Shown: positions 13,501 through 29,500, counted from the first letter of the stretch. The stretch: 64,000 nt of DNA from Schmidtea polychroa (GCA_044892525.1 CM097885.1:121830001-121894000); one strand, 5' to 3'. Notes: generated by a model from the letters alone, not told the origin. Numbers and translations: made by a program.

Positions 13501-16500
13501 CAATCAATGAATCAAAATCAATAGCTTTCAATTTATCAATGTTACAAGATAATAAGGCCAAATTATTCAAAATTTTTTGACTCATCGTTGACCTCAAAAA
13601 TTTTTTAATCAGCTTCAATTTTGAGAAACTTCTTTCGCCAGTGCAATTAGCAATCATTAGACACAAAAAAATTCTTAAAATTGTTTCCAAATTTGGAAAA
13701 GCAATTTCCAAATTTTTTCCCTTAATTATCTCGTAGAAACTCAAATGATTTGGATGATCATTTGGCCAATCGTTCCTGATATATTCGTGAAATTGTAGTA
13801 ACTCGAAAAAAAGTGAATCGTCTATATCATCTGGATATTTTTCAACAACGTTATTCACATGTTGTTTCAAATCTTCTTGCGACAATTCAATATTTGTCAA
13901 AAAACCAAACACTTTAGAAATTTCCAAGTAACAATCAGAGCGCTGAATCAAATTATTTTCGATGTTTTCTAAAATTTTCATGAAGACGTTGTTTAGAAAG
14001 TTCTCTTTAGCACTAATTTCTGGTTCTGTGGTAGTTTGATCTTCATCTGGAAATTTCTTTTTAAATCCCTTTCTCTTGACAGTGTAGTCAGTGTTTGGTA
14101 ACAATTTTTTAGCTTCAATTTTAATTTCATCAAAGCTATTTTTCAAATTTGTAATATATGAAGCTAGAGATGCATATAACGAAGAACAAACGTCTAATGT
14201 GACTTTAGGACTTTGCAAATTTTTTGAAACTGCATTCATTCTCTCTAGAACCTGATCCCAAAATATAACGAGAAGTGCGAATTCAAACTCCTCCATTTTA
14301 TTCAATAAATTATTTGCTTCATTTCTAGTGTTTCCATCAAAATTTGCATCTTCAATGATGACATTTAGTGCTTCCATTACATTTTCATAGTTTTCGTGAA
14401 TGACCTTAACTGACTCGGAACGAGCACTCCATCTAGTCTTTGATAACGATTTTACTGTTCTATTTGAAAATTCAACTAACTTGTTCCATCTCTTAGTAGA
14501 CGATGAAAAAAAATTGTAAATTTCCTGAATTAATCCGAAAAAATTGATTGATTCTATGCAACAGTCCGCACCTGAATTTCCAACCAATTTCCAATCCAAA
14601 TGAGCACTGCACGGTAAAAAAATTGCTTTATCATTTTTTTCAAGAACTTTTGCCCTCATTCCTTTGTATTTTCCGGCCATATTCATAGCGTTGTCATACG
14701 ATTGTGATCGGCAATCTTGAAAATTTAACCCAATATCCTTTTCAAAAAATTCCAATGAAATGTCAGCTAAATATTCTCCAGTGTGATTCTCTATCTCAAT
14801 AAAGTTTAAGAATCGCTCGATTGGTTTAAAATTGATTTGATCAACGTATCTGATAATCATGCACAATTGATCTTTGTGTGATATATCAGGGGTGGAATCC
14901 ACAGACATTCCAAAATATTTTGATTGTTTGATGTCATCAGAAATCGACTTCAATACTGTTTTTGCCATCAGATCGAGCATTTCCTCAAAAATTGTTTTAG
15001 AGAGATAAGAAGTTTTTCCAGATCCTGGATTACCAAACTTTCTAATGTGCTCTGCTAAAAATGGATCAAATTTTGCAATAAGTTCCAAGCGTCCAATGAA
15101 ATTGCCACTTCCTTCCATTCCAAAAATTTCATTTGATCCTCGAGATGGTAAATTTCGTTCAACAATGGTGCAAATAACAGCTACAACTCGTTCTGACTTT
15201 TCTCCAGTAAATCCTTTCTTGTTGTATTTCTTTTTGCAATTGATCCGACACAGAATAGTTACTTTTTCTAGTTAAATATGTAACTAAAGCATTACGATGT
15301 TCAGAAGAGTTTTGATGGCTTTTGATTGAGGAACCAGCATTTTTCCAATCTCGCAGGCCATTGGTTGCTAAATTGAAATTTGAAGCAGTGAGTAATTTGC
15401 AAACAAAACAAAAAACATTTCCAATTTTAGGCGAATATACAAGCCATTCGCGAGTGTACTTTTCTCCATTTGTTTTTTCATCAAAGAATAAAGTCTTAGA
15501 GCAATATCGAACAGTATTGTCATTATAGAGCTGTTTGGAAGAATGAAAGTTTTCTGTTGAATGTTGGCAACTTTCAGGGTCCTTCTCAATCCAGTACAAA
15601 GTGTCTTCAGAAGACAATTCTCTCCATAATCCTACGTCATTCTCACGATTTGCATTTGGAGATGATTCAATCAGGGATTCCACTAAATTTTCATTATTAA
15701 TGTTATCTACCAGCTCCAAATTATTTTTGAAATAATTAAAAACTTGATTTGAACTTCCAGTGAAAATAGGTTGATTTAAAGTACTGGAAGAGACCTCTAT
15801 TTGGTCGCTTTGATGCCGATCTTCTTGTGCTACAAATTCACTTTCAGTTGCAGAATCTTTAGTGAAAAAACAATCTAGCTTAGGAATTTTCTTAATTTCT
15901 TCTTCTCTCTCTGCTTTTTTCTTCCTTTTAAACACTCCGCTTGCGTAGTTTCGTTTCATTCTATCTTAAATTTAATTAAAGTATTTTTTAATTAAATTGA
16001 TTAAATAATTTTAATATTTTTATACTATACCTAGATCTTAACAATTAATCAATTAAAAAAAAGCCTCACTTCGTCCTAAAATTGCTTTATTTTAAATTTT
16101 TTATTTTTAAGCCGATTTCCTTTGAAATAATTTTTTTTCTTTTGTGTATAAAATTTTTACCAACACTCCAAAAAAATATGTTTCTACACAATAACAATTC
16201 GATTCCCGCCTTCGCAAATTTCAACCGACAAACTCCACTAATTATAACCCCCTTGGAGGTTGCGGAAATAAAGAAAAAATATTTTTTCAACTATAACAAC
16301 TTTTAAAATTATTGGGGCCCCAAATTGTTGATATTTTAGAAAATTTCCTTAAATAAAAAAATACGTACAATGTTTTTTTAATTCTTTATATAATACATGT
16401 ATTTTATACTGTATTTTAATTTTTTTATATTTTAGTATATAAAAAATCCATTAAAAAAAATATTTTTTTTGTGGCCCCTTAGATGATTTCGATTTTGGGG

Positions 16501-19500
16501 CCCCCTAGGTGGGCCCCTAGGCAGTGCCTAGTCTGCCTATAGGTAAATCCGGAATAGACTCTAGGGAAAAGCTTGCAGATATAACAATGTACTGTTCCAG
16601 TTGATGGAGAATATATAAGCCAGTCTCTTTCGATTGTTTCCCCATTTGTTAATTTCCTGATAAAATATTCTTTACGTGGATATCTGGTTTTGTCTCCATA
16701 TTTTCTACCCTTCAAGAGAAAATTGAAATCTATATTTTGCGAAGGCTTATTTTCAGAAAAATAATTTATGAGATCAGCAGTAATATCCCAATTAGCTGGA
16801 TCATTATTATATTTTAAGTTTAAATTAACTTTTGATATTTCATTAGATATTTCTATTATATTATCCTCTAAAGATATAATTATTTCGGCAGAAGTTTGAC
16901 CTTCTACTACCTCTGTCTCACCTGTATACGTGCCCTGTTTATCAGTACTAATATCTTCTGTACCACTACTACCACATGATAATTGTTCTGAAGTTTTATT
17001 TTGATTTTGGTTTTCTGGTCCAATAAATTCGTTTACATTTGTAGAACAGCTTTCATTATTTCCTCTTGTTGCTGTTATATATTTGAGTAGTGAACCTTTC
17101 ATGTTTTTCAATTCTTCTTCTTTGACAATTTTCTTTTTACGCTTTTCTGAGCCTGACTCATGTTTTCTCTTATATCCGTCAGACATTTCTTTAAATTTTA
17201 AACTGGCTAAACTAAATATAATTTTTATAGTTAGAGGAAAATATTTAATATTATGTATACTTACTTCAAGAATTTCAGTTCTATGAACAATATACTTAAT
17301 CTACACTTTTATAGATTTTATATAGAGATGCTTGTTTTTATTATTGTTAATACAACTGGAACTTTTTAATATATGTACTTCAATTAGAACTCCTTTTGAT
17401 ACAAATCACTTGTTTTTTGATTTACTATTAAATAATTTATATTTGGAATTACATATATATTAATATTTTTATTAAATTATTATATATTTAAAAAAGAAGA
17501 CTTACTTTTAAATAATTAATATTTACAGTTTACAGAAATATTATCGTTTATAAATAACATAACTATAGATAACTTTAACAAAGAATAAACACTATTATAA
17601 TTCTTAAATTTTTCTGAAAACTAATTGTAAAAAAAGTACTACAAAAAAACAATTGCAACCATAAATCCACAGTTACTAAATACGCAAATTTAAATTCACT
17701 CCTATATGTAAAAAATCGCTATTGATAATTAACCATAGCAATCATAGCAGGCGGGTTGAATATTTTTGCAGGAGGATTAATTTTTTAATACGTGGGATTT
17801 AAACTTAGAAAAAAACATTTAAAGTATAATAATTAGTATACTCATCAACGTTATACATACATACGAAATACGCAATTTCGGGCGTAGTAGAAAAACGCTC
17901 GGTTGTGTTATAACACAACATAAAGAAAAAAATAAAGTTCTTAAAATAACGTTCATAAAATAAAATGTTGTTAAAATAAAGCACTATGGAATTATTAACG
18001 CATTTTAAAAATTAGCGATATAGCTGACTTCATTAGGGATACTGTACTGACAAAAAATTATGCGATAGGGTCTCCCAAGCTAAAAGTGCCTAGGGCCTAC
18101 GAAGATGTTAATTCGGGTCTGGTTACATCGGCTACATATAAATTAGTATTTTCTTTAGATAGGGTTTCCACAGCTTGCTTGATGGGTTGCAAACTTAAGA
18201 TTATATGTGACAGTCTTTGAAATCAAACTGTAATTTTAAATCAATCAAACCTTTTCAGACAGTATCTTTAAGTAATAAAAATCTCCAACATATTTAATAA
18301 ACTATTCACCTGGTTTTACAATCTAAAATTAAACAAAGCTCTTTCTAATGATTTCTTTTACATATTTTTGTAATAAATTATTTTTGGTTGCTGATTTTCT
18401 ATAAATTCTTACTATCTGACGTATTTTTGTCATTAAACAATTTATTTCAGCATTTTGAAGAACAAGTTGAAAAGATTCAGTATGGGAAATATCAGAATAA
18501 AATTTCAGAATAAAAATTTATATCAAGGATTTTTAATTTGCCGGTAAATTTACCGAGTGTTTTTTTGCCAATTTACCAGTAAACCGGCTTACCGTTATAC
18601 AATCCCTAATTTGTACTTTGTGATATAATGAATAATAACATTTCTGGAATTTTAAATAGTTACATAGTTTAATTTGTATATAAATATTTTAAACATTTCA
18701 ATGAAATATGTTTGAATAAATTTCAACTATGGTAATTCAACATTAACCCAGATAAACCTACTATCCTTTTAAAAGAACAGTAGGTAATCTGTTACAAATC
18801 AAAATATTTTATCATATGAGAACATTATTTTTGATTCAGTTTTTTATTATGGCGACACTAGATGGTATGGCAATGACAATGCATATTTTTTTATTAGTTG
18901 CCATTGGGCTTTTGTACCGAAGAATTTTTCTTACCGAATTTTATTTATAATACATGCATTTTTTAAAAATTTATGATATGATAATAAATGAAACTGTAAG
19001 AGTACATATTTTATTAATTCAATACAATAAAAACAATGATTTCAATGATGTATCAAGAATTGCTATGATTTGATGAGGTTAATAATGAATTTATTAATGA
19101 TTATTAGTTTATAAATATATTATTAAACTTTTGCACTCCTTTGGGGACTTTTACAATTTTTAGTAGATTCTAATGATAATTTTTTATAGATGCAGCAAGA
19201 AAATATTAGTTTAAACTATCAAATGGAATTGGATTGTCGTTCCGAAGTCTCTAAAAAGTAATATTAGAATATAAAATATGATTATATTATATGCTCTAAT
19301 CTTCTAATTTTGTTTTTCATTTTAATATGCTGTTAAAAACTATATGATTAGCTTATTTCAATATCGCTGAATAATAATCATATGAAATGGTGAGCAATAA
19401 TGAATTGTATTTTTGTCTAACATTTTCGTCTAATAGGATTTTATTAACAAATCTGGGTCGTCCATAAAAGACGTCACACAACCAGAGAGAAAAAACGCAT

Positions 19501-22500
19501 GTATTTGTAATGTAGGAAAATGACGAGAAAATGTTTGAGTTATGTGAAGTCACAACTGTACGTAATTAAGCAGTTAAGCAGTAATTGTTATAACGATTTG
19601 ACAATAGAATTCATCAATTTTCATTATTAAGTTTAAATTTAACAAATTTTTCAATAATGATTTTGAATACCGTATATACCCGCGTATAGGCCGAGTAATT
19701 TTGGATTAATTTTTTTTTCAAATTGATGGGTCGGCTTATACGCGAACCTACTTTTAATTAAAATAATTATGGTTCAATAATTAATTTATATTAAATGTTA
19801 ATTAATATTTTTAAAATTAATATTAATGACATTTTAATCAACCAAATTTGGGGATCTGTTTATATGCGAGTATATATGGTATTTAAACTTATGGCCACTG
19901 CTGGATTTCAGTTTTAATAGTCATAGAATATTCTATTCAAATAAATATATAACAAAACACAACAAAAAATCTAACCCTCTGAATTCAAATATCACATTAG
20001 TTTTTGTTTAGCGTCTCCCGTTGTTTTTCTATTGAAGTTAATCTGTTTCACTGAAATTTTTTTTAATATGCATTTTTGCTATTTTTATTTTTTGATAAGA
20101 TATTGTTTACCACAATTATGGCATCTTCTCGAAATTGTAAACTATCTGCAAACTCATTTTGTTATATTTGTGGCTACTATATTGGGCCAAAACAGCCAAA
20201 ACATCAATTATTGCGTGGTACCGGATATGCTGCGTACTTTGGGATCCAAATACGTGATCAGGATAAGAAATGGGATCCTCATGTGTCCTGTGGTACTTGC
20301 AGATCAGCTTTGGAGGGCTGGCTACGGGGAGATCAAAAATGAATGTCATTTGCCATTCCTCGCGTGTGGAGATAACCAACGAACCACATTACAGATTGCT
20401 ACTTCTGTATGGTCGATTTATCAAGATATAAGAAAATTACGGATTGATCGAAGCTAACATATCCTGATATTCCGTCATCAATTGCGCAAGTTCTACACAA
20501 TGATCATAATGATTATCATAATGATCAGCCATCAACCTCATCATCGCATCCGTCCTACAAAGGTAGTTCTACAGATGAATCTGAAGAGTGGTGTCCATCA
20601 CTTTCCGAACAATAACATTTATTGGTGATAGACATAGGTTTATCAAAGTCTGGAGCCGAAATATTGACATCCAGGCTAAAACAATGGAACTTATTGAATT
20701 CAAAATGCATCAGTCTTTTTCTCAGTTTTATGAAGTATCGGATAGCTTTTGTTTCTGCTTAATGGTATTGATGGTATTTTTGCAGAAATTGGATTATTAC
20801 ATGAACCTAGAGCATGGCGATTGTTTATAGACAGTTCCATTAGTAGCATCAAAGGTGTTTTTTTACATAATGGGAACCAATATCCATCTATACCTGCGGC
20901 TCACTTGACGCATTTGAAGGAAGATTACAACGTTAAATTTTTGCTCGAGAAGATAAACTACAATAAGTATCAATGGGATTTATGTGGAGACTTGAAGATT
21001 ATCGAGTTCCTTAGTATCACTAAATATTCGTGCTTTCCATGCCTTCTGGACAGCAGAGCGTCAAAGCCACACTACGTTTCTCGAAACTGGCATGCACGCA
21101 CGGAGCTAACAGCTGGTAAATACAATGTAATTCGCGATAGCTTGATTTTGGCAGAGAGGGTTCTGCTACCACCCTCGAACATCAAGCTTGGACAAGCCAA
21201 ATAATTCGTTAAGCACTGGATTCGTAGTCACCAGCTTTCCAGTACATATGTTCCAAGTTTCCTAAGTTATCGAATGCAAAACTGAAAGACGGCGTTTTCA
21301 CTGGACCACAGATACGTTGCATATTGGAGTCTGAGGCCTTAGAAACGACAATGACTAGTTTGGAAAAAGATGCGTGGCATGCATTTCGACATGTAGTGAA
21401 TGGATTACTAGGAAATAATAGTAGTGAAGACTACAAAGAACTAGTAGAGAATTTGGTGACAACATATCACGCTGTTGGATGTTGAATGTCAATCAAGCTG
21501 CACTTTTTACACTCCCATCTGGATTTCTTCAGGCCAAGTTTGGCAGCAGTGTCAGAAGAGCATGGTGAGAGGTTTCACCAAGATATTCAAGTCATGGAGA
21601 ATCGTTACCAAGGGCGATGGGATGAATCTATGATGGGTAATTACGTTTGGGGTTTGGTTCGTAATGACTCAAATTAGCATAAGAGGAAGTCGAGCTCATT
21701 CCTTCATTTTTCACACAATTAAAGGTAACATTCTATTTAGCGAGTGAATACTTATCACAGCTGATGCTCTGTTGTTATTTATAACTTCACTTTTTGAAAG
21801 TTGCTTACGAATGGTTATGCTTCAGTTACTTAATACTATTATACCGTTAATCATAATTATTAATGTAATTTTCTGACAATTGCGTGCGAACGATTGGCAT
21901 TATACAGAAACGGACTTCGAATTCGTATTCAACACCCTCGATTCCATATAGAACTATTGAAAAATGCACATAACTGTGACTTTCATAAAATTTTGTTCCG
22001 CTTTTTAATTGCTTTAAAATTTCGTTAAAATTTATTTATTTAAAATATTGTAACGGGTTATTATTTACAACTCCAATCATGACAAAGTTTTGAGAAAGAT
22101 CTAACATCAATAATATATTTAAGTGAATAAAATTAAAAAAATTATTGCTCGAAATAAAATTGAATTATAAATTCATAACATATAAAACGTGAATTTTATA
22201 GGTTAATAAACATAATTGTCAATTATTTTATTTAATTGAAAATATTTAAATAATTTTAGAATTGAAAATTCCCGTAATTTGTGTCAAATTCTTAAACAAA
22301 AAATTGAAAATATCGAGAAAATAAATAAAAATCGTGAGTAACTTGTATTATTTTATTACTAAACAATTTTCATCAGATATCAAACATTCAATAAATTTAA
22401 AATCAATTCAAACTAAAACTTTGGCAATTACTGATAACATTTTAGAAGATATGAAATGTTATTCGGAAACACAATTAATTTTTGCTGATAACATAACTCA

Positions 22501-23534
22501 AAAAAGTAGTAGTTTTATAATGCTATTTTATCAATTCGTTTTCAGTATCTTCAAAAACTGAAGAAATCAAGTGTTTAAATGATTATATATCTGATTTACA
22601 AAATCAACATGGATCTGAAGTTATAAAATAACACTAAATTAAATTTTACTTTTTATTAGATAATTAACTTTAATAATGAGGTAGAAAGTTATCGAAATGA
22701 ATTGCAAATTTCAAAACAAAGACTCGACGTTTTAATTGAAGAAAATAGTAATTATATTAATAATTTGAAACAATTTTAAATTAATTTAATAGTTGTAAAA
22801 GAAAATTTATTGACTGAGGAGCAAAACAAAAGTCGGCAGTTGCAAAAAGAAATAGAAAATCATTTAGATGAGATTTTAAAGTTTGAGGTATAATATCATT
22901 TTCATATTTTTCTATATAACATTTATGGCCCTAAAATATATTTTATGTAACGAATCATTTGACGAATTTATAGGTTTTACAAATTCATAATATTTTGTTT
23001 AACTTTAATCCAGTGTCTTTTCTAAGTTTGAGTCATCATCAACTTAGCATCAAATATATAAAATGGCATCACGAGCAGAAAAAGATTATCTTCTTGAATT
23101 AAAAGAGTAAATATCGAAATTGGTAATTTTCAAGCGCAGAAGATTAAGTGAAATATCTTAAGGAAAGATATGATCCAAAAATTCAGCGATCAAGATTTGA
23201 ATGAAAATAAAGATTTTATACAAATTCAATAATAATGCTTTCAAAGTGGTGGCAATTTTTTAGCTAGCTTTTGTACGAAAGTTAACAATTTTAGGACATT
23301 ACATCAAGATGATAGAAAATTAACGTATACAGAAAGTATAGTTGAAGAAAACAACTGTAAATGAAATAGAAAAAGAAAGATGGCCGATGAAGAAAAATGA
23401 ATATTGAAGAAAACCAACGATTGAGGAGAAATATTCTTAATTCAAGAAGAAAGAAGCTGAATCTGCAAACTCCAATGCTACATAATTAGAAAATGGTGGC
23501 TATCAACCACTTATTTCAGAGCATGTGGACGATA

Positions 23535-23572
<38 letters not shown>

Positions 23573-26500
23573 TGCTAAAAAAACTTCGGAAAATTAAGGC
23601 CAGGGTGTAGTCGTTAAACAGGTCCGACATAATAATGAACTTGTTGGCAGTAACGCGGAATATAAGACCGAAAAACTATCTGATAGAGAAGCTGAAAATA
23701 CTCCTAATGATGTGGTTCCTGCTGTACTAAGGTTTCACGATGTTGTTTACTTAGAATTTGACAAAGCTACCGAAAGTATCCCAGTCGGTTCGCAACGAAA
23801 TGATTACTCTCGGATCTTTACCATTTTTAGCACATAGATAATCTATCATTATTTGTCAAAATAAATCCAACACGCAAAAGAAAATCCGGGACCAGTTTTC
23901 TATTTGTCGCCAGAAATCAAAAATGAATTTATTCACATACTTGCGTCAACTGTAAGGAACCAATTGTTAAGTGATATCAGGAAAAACAATTACTACGGCA
24001 TCTTACTTGACTCAACTCCTGATCTAGGATATGGGAACAGCTTTCCCAGGTCATAAGATTTGTGGATATGGATTTTCAAACTAAAAAAGTAACTATCAAA
24101 GAATCATTTCTAGTTTATATCGAGATACATTCAAAAGATGCAGCAAACCTAGAAAGAGTCGTCGACGAGAGACTGAAATTTGACTGCATACCTCTAGCCG
24201 ACTGTCGGGCACAATGTTATGACAATACTGCTGTGATGACTGGACAATATATCTGGCCTTCAACAAAGAATATGTGACAGAAATCGCTGAGCATTATTTG
24301 TCAACTGTGATAACCACAGCTTAAACTTAGCAGTAGTACACTCTTGTCATTACAGTTTTTGGAACACTTGACAGTGTTCTTTTTTTCTTTTTCACATTCA
24401 GCAATTCGTTGAGAAGAGTTAAAAAAAGCTTTGTCCATCACAGTTAAACGGGAGTCTGAAACACACTGGAGTTCACGATCAAAAGCTGTTAAAGCTATCC
24501 ACAAAGGACTGGATGAACCTGTGGAACCACTAGAAAAATTATCGGTGGACTCACGTATGACACCTGAATCCAAAAGTGGTGCAGAAGTTATAGACGTGCA
24601 AATTGAATTTTAACATCATAGATTTATTACAATTCTGGAATGTAATTCTTGGAAAAATTGATTGTGTACAGAAGCGCTTACATGATCCTACAATAAATTT
24701 CAAAGAAGCTGCAACTGATATTGAATCATTGGAGCAAGAATTTGTCGAGCTAAGTTGCTGTAGAAAACACCAAAACTAAATGCACAGCCTGAGGGATTGA
24801 GGTGGACAGAAGAATTAGGCGACGTGGGATGATCACAGGAAAACTGGCAAGTGATGCATGACTTTCATCAGAAGAAGAAATTACGCGCGTTATGAAGGAC
24901 GTATTCGATCAACTTCAACAGGAGATGTAAACACGCTTTTACGATTAAAAGACCTGAACACAAAATTTGGATTTCTGCTGGACGTTAAAACTCTTCTATC
25001 CGACGCAGATGTCGATGCAATTCGTCTAAAATATTCAGATTTTGAAAATTTCTACGACATGGACATCAATGGCCACGAAACTTTCAATGAAATTGGAGAT
25101 TGCAGAATGTTGCTCAATAACCGGAATAAAGCTATACCGGAAACTCCTTTGGATCTTTGGTTTATTGTATTTTATGAATCTGCGAATTTCACTGCAAATT
25201 TTGTTAACAATAGCAGTTTCAATTGCAAGCTGTGAGCGGTCGTTTAGCAAATTGAAACTTATTTTGTCGTATTTGCGTGCTTCAATGGGTAGGATCGTCT
25301 CAGCGATCTGGCACAATAAAAAACAGATTTTGATTACGTGATTGACAAGTTTGCGACCATGGAGTCAAGAAAAATAAATCTTTTCTAGAATATGTAAATC
25401 ATTTACAACAGAAAATGAGTTGGCAATGTACTATAATTTCTATAACCTTGCTTCTTTTAATTGTTTTCCTTATTAAACGGGAAGAGGGCAGGGCGCAAAT
25501 TTTATAATTCGCCCCCGGGCGCAAAACACAATAACTACGCCTTTGCATGGACACAATGTATGAGGATGTCATTTATGGAGGCAGTATATGATAATAAAGA
25601 TAATTAGCAATGATGATGATTTAAATAATAATAACTGTAAGGATGATAATGATGGTAGTGATAATTGTGGTAAGAATAAAATACTAAATACATTAATTTA
25701 AACCAGTGTCGACAACCCATGTGACGCCAGAACCCTGGGGTGCCGCGATAAGTTTTGAAAAATATTTAGAATTGCTACGGTTTTTCAAAAATTTCAAAAT
25801 GATTTCAAATTGCTAAATTTTTTCAAAAATCATATTATTGATAAACGGTTTAAATTTAAATATTACTTAGATGAGATATTACTTAAGTGAGAAGAAGTAT
25901 AAGCCAGATTAGAAAAACGATGATAAGGCGATTGTATCGTCAAAAGTAAAAAGCGAAAGTATCAGGATGAATATCTGTAATATGTATTTATTGCATTATA
26001 AAACAATCCCTCGCTGCCGTTTTGCCTCATTTGTGCAAAAGGTTTCAGCAATGAATCCAAGCAAACGAATTCGACATCCCGAAGCAAACCATCGTGAACA
26101 AACGAACAATCCAATCAGTCATTTCGAGAACTTAAGATCGAATCTTCAAAGTCAAGCAAATAAATTCAAAATTCAATAAACTACATCCAATCAAGCACAA
26201 ATCGCAAGATATCGTATTGCTCAACTCCTTGCAAAGAAAAAAAAGCCCCACGCTGAAGCAGAGGAAATAGTTTTGCCAGCTTTAAAAATTGCTGCTGAAT
26301 GCATCCTAACGAAATGATACTGTGTAAAAATTTAAGAATATTCCACTGTCGTCAAAAACCATTGCAAGACGAATTTGAAGAAAATGGGCGATCCAGCTTG
26401 GCTGTTAAAAGGAAAGGTTTTGAATCGATTTCTGTTTATGAAATTTGAAAAGAAGATATCTGGTGGTTACGACTTTCTTTTTTGAGCGATATTTTCGACA

Positions 26501-29500
26501 AAATTGCAAGGAGCTCAAGAAAACGCATCTCTATCTCCTGCAAGTCAAAAGTCAGCAAATCAATCTTTGAATCCTTTCCGACTGTTGACTCAATTCCTTC
26601 AAAGATTCAGATCAAGCAAGAAATCGGAGATACTTTCAAATCTTTGTCAGAATTATTTCTTAAGTACTTTCCCAATCTCAACTTTACTGAAATGGAATGG
26701 GTTGTCAACACATTTGCGGAGTGTGAAGCCATCAATTTTGAAAAGGAGCTTGAGGAAAACCTGATTCATTTGAGAAATGATTTGGTTTTCAAAAGAATCT
26801 TTGCAGAAAGAGTTGCCTGAGTTCTGGATATCTTTAAACAACAAATTTCCACAATTGAGCAGCAAATAAATAGAATTATTGTTGCCATTTGGAAGCTCTT
26901 ACCTTTGCGAGCAGGGTTTTTCGGCACTTACAGAAATGAAGTAAAAAAAGCGTGAGACTACAAATGATCGATAAAGAAAAGCATGTTTGTCTTTCGAAAA
27001 TTGAGCCACGCATCAATCATATTTGCAAGAAAAAGCAATCTCAAATTTCGCATTGAACAAAAATAAAATTTAATTGTATTCGATTCATTACTTGTAAATA
27101 AAAATTTATTCTAAGATTTTCAACTGTTAATCTTTTATATAGGGGTGCCTCGAGAAAAAAATTTAGCTTTGGGTGCCGCGATACGAAAAAGGTTGCCCGA
27201 CACTGATTTAAACAAAGAATTAGCAAATATAATTAACACAACAGACCATTACATTTATAACCTTAGGGATGCTGCGAATAAGATAACCCTAAAAATAGTA
27301 ATCTACAGTTTTAAAAATAGAAATTTGTTTATGAAAAAAAACATTACTGACATTTGAAGATCCTCGCCACTTGATATGGAAAGTCACAAAAAATAACTAT
27401 ATAAACCACAGTTTACCTTAGTCAAACCACCCAAAAATTGTAAGCTAAAAGTTGCAAATTTACTAATTGATATTACAATATAATTTCGAGCATACAAAAT
27501 CATATAACGGAGCTCAGGTATTACCAAGTAGGGACACACTAAGAAAGATACACAAAACCATTATATAATTTTTAAAAAAGAGTGAAAGTTTTTATTTTAT
27601 GTATATAATTGTTATTATTTAACCCTTTCCTGGCTAAGGATGCCATATGGAATCATGATATATTTCATACAGGTATAGACATCTATGGACTGGTAGGTAT
27701 AATATTTTTATTTATGGTCGATAAGGAAGATCTATACTTTTTAATGTAAAATCATTTAATCCCGCCTTTTACCAAATATTTTGTTTTTGTCATTTGAAAG
27801 AAGCAACAAGTGATTTTAGGACGCCATTTTCAATAGTGTCTGGTAAGTGAAATATAAAATTCATTATTTGATGTATTTGCAAAGAATTTTCATGATTTAT
27901 ATATTTCCTCTATTTATTTATTGCTTTCAAAAGATATTTATCATTTTCTTGTAAAATATTATTTATTCATTATTTATTCCTTCGCCGGGCCTGATTCCAC
28001 AAATGTTTGTAAAAGGTGGGATAAGAAATCAAAGAAATATGAAGAGATCTCTCGACCGAACTGCATAGCGGAATATAATAAATGTATGGGTGGGGTAGAT
28101 TTATGTGATATGCTGATGAGCTATATTGCATCAACAACAGAGGTAAAAAGTGGTACATGAGGGTCTTTTAATATTTCTTTGATTTGTGTCGTCAATGGAT
28201 GGCTTCTATATCGCCACCATCTGAAACAATCGACCCATCTGAATCCCATATGAATCTACTAAAATTCAAAAGTGATATGGCAAATTATTTGACAAGTGCA
28301 AATGGTTCATCCGTTAAACGAAGAGGACGAAAAAGTAACGAAACCGTTATAAAAAAGAAGGTAGCTCCAAAACCATTTGACGGCAAACAGTCGGATACTA
28401 CCAGCCATTGGCCAATGGCTGTGAGAGATAAAGAGAGATATAAATATTGTAGTGCCTATGCATGTATTAAATTTAAACCAATGTTTGTGTTCTTATATAG
28501 GAATTTATTATATAGGAACCATCAGGTTGAGGTAAAAAATCGCGTTTTTGTAAAATTTTACAATTTCTAATTTGCGATTTACTAGATTCTACTGTGATTA
28601 GGCTACGGTTTTGTGGTTTCTTACTAGAATTTTAATTTAAGCTATACTACAACTACTCTGAGTACACTACAGCGACGTGCAATTCATTTTATAGATATAA
28701 TTTTATGATTCAATTATATAAAATTTGTAACTAAATACACGGTGCATATAAATTATCAGATATTTTAGAAGCCAAATATATAATAATTAGATACAAAAAT
28801 GAAGTTAAAGAGGAGCAACCCAATTAATTTAATCGTTGAGGTTGCTGCAACTTTGCAAATGTTATCAAGGGATCACAGACCAGAAATTCACAAGTTTCTT
28901 TTGACATCTTCATAGTCAGTAGTGATGCAAATTATTTATCAGAAGAATGACTCCAGTTATTTCAAAAATTTGTATTTAGGTTCTTGAATTGATTTTTATT
29001 ATATTATTGATTTTTTAAACATTATTGATTTTATAAATTATTTAGGTATCTATTAAACTCAGTGAAGAAAACAATCACAATTTGCTAGCAGATATTGAGA
29101 TAAAAAACAGTGAAGTTACTAAATTAAAAGAAATGCAAACTTTAATAGAAGATTCACATTTAAAAGTCAAAGAATCTATGTTAAAAGAAATGGAGTCAAT
29201 TAAAGATCAATATAAGATAAATATCGAATTAAATGAAGACTTAAAAGTCATTAATTTGAAAAATTCCGAAGAAATTGAATCTTTACATCTTACTATTGAA
29301 AATTTGAAAGAAGAATTTTATTCTAAAATACAAATTAAAGATAATTCTATCGGAAATCTAACAAATTCTATAATTGAAAGAGAAAATAATATATCAAATT
29401 TAGAAAATAAGTAAATAGATTTTTATTTAAATATTTTTTCTTAAATGGATTTGTAAAAGTAATATTATTATTATTCATTTTGAAAATTATATATAATCAA

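Larger units (their letters stand above)
10440..18608 (-). mobile_element. Old Ac/hobo-like hAT remnant E, interrupted by element C
   Basis: Dimerisation-domain fragment YDYLMTIRPTSIDSEKLFS; reading LQPIKQAVETLSKENTNLYVADVTLKFMLDEL runs across the element C TSD; TAGGGATTG-type terminus at 18600-18608 on the minus strand. Left end not found. Confidence 0.6.

Noticed and set aside
28766-28830. Possible extra SYCP1 exon
   Set aside because: Candidate acceptors give early stops or no donor; exons 9 and 10 already join in phase.
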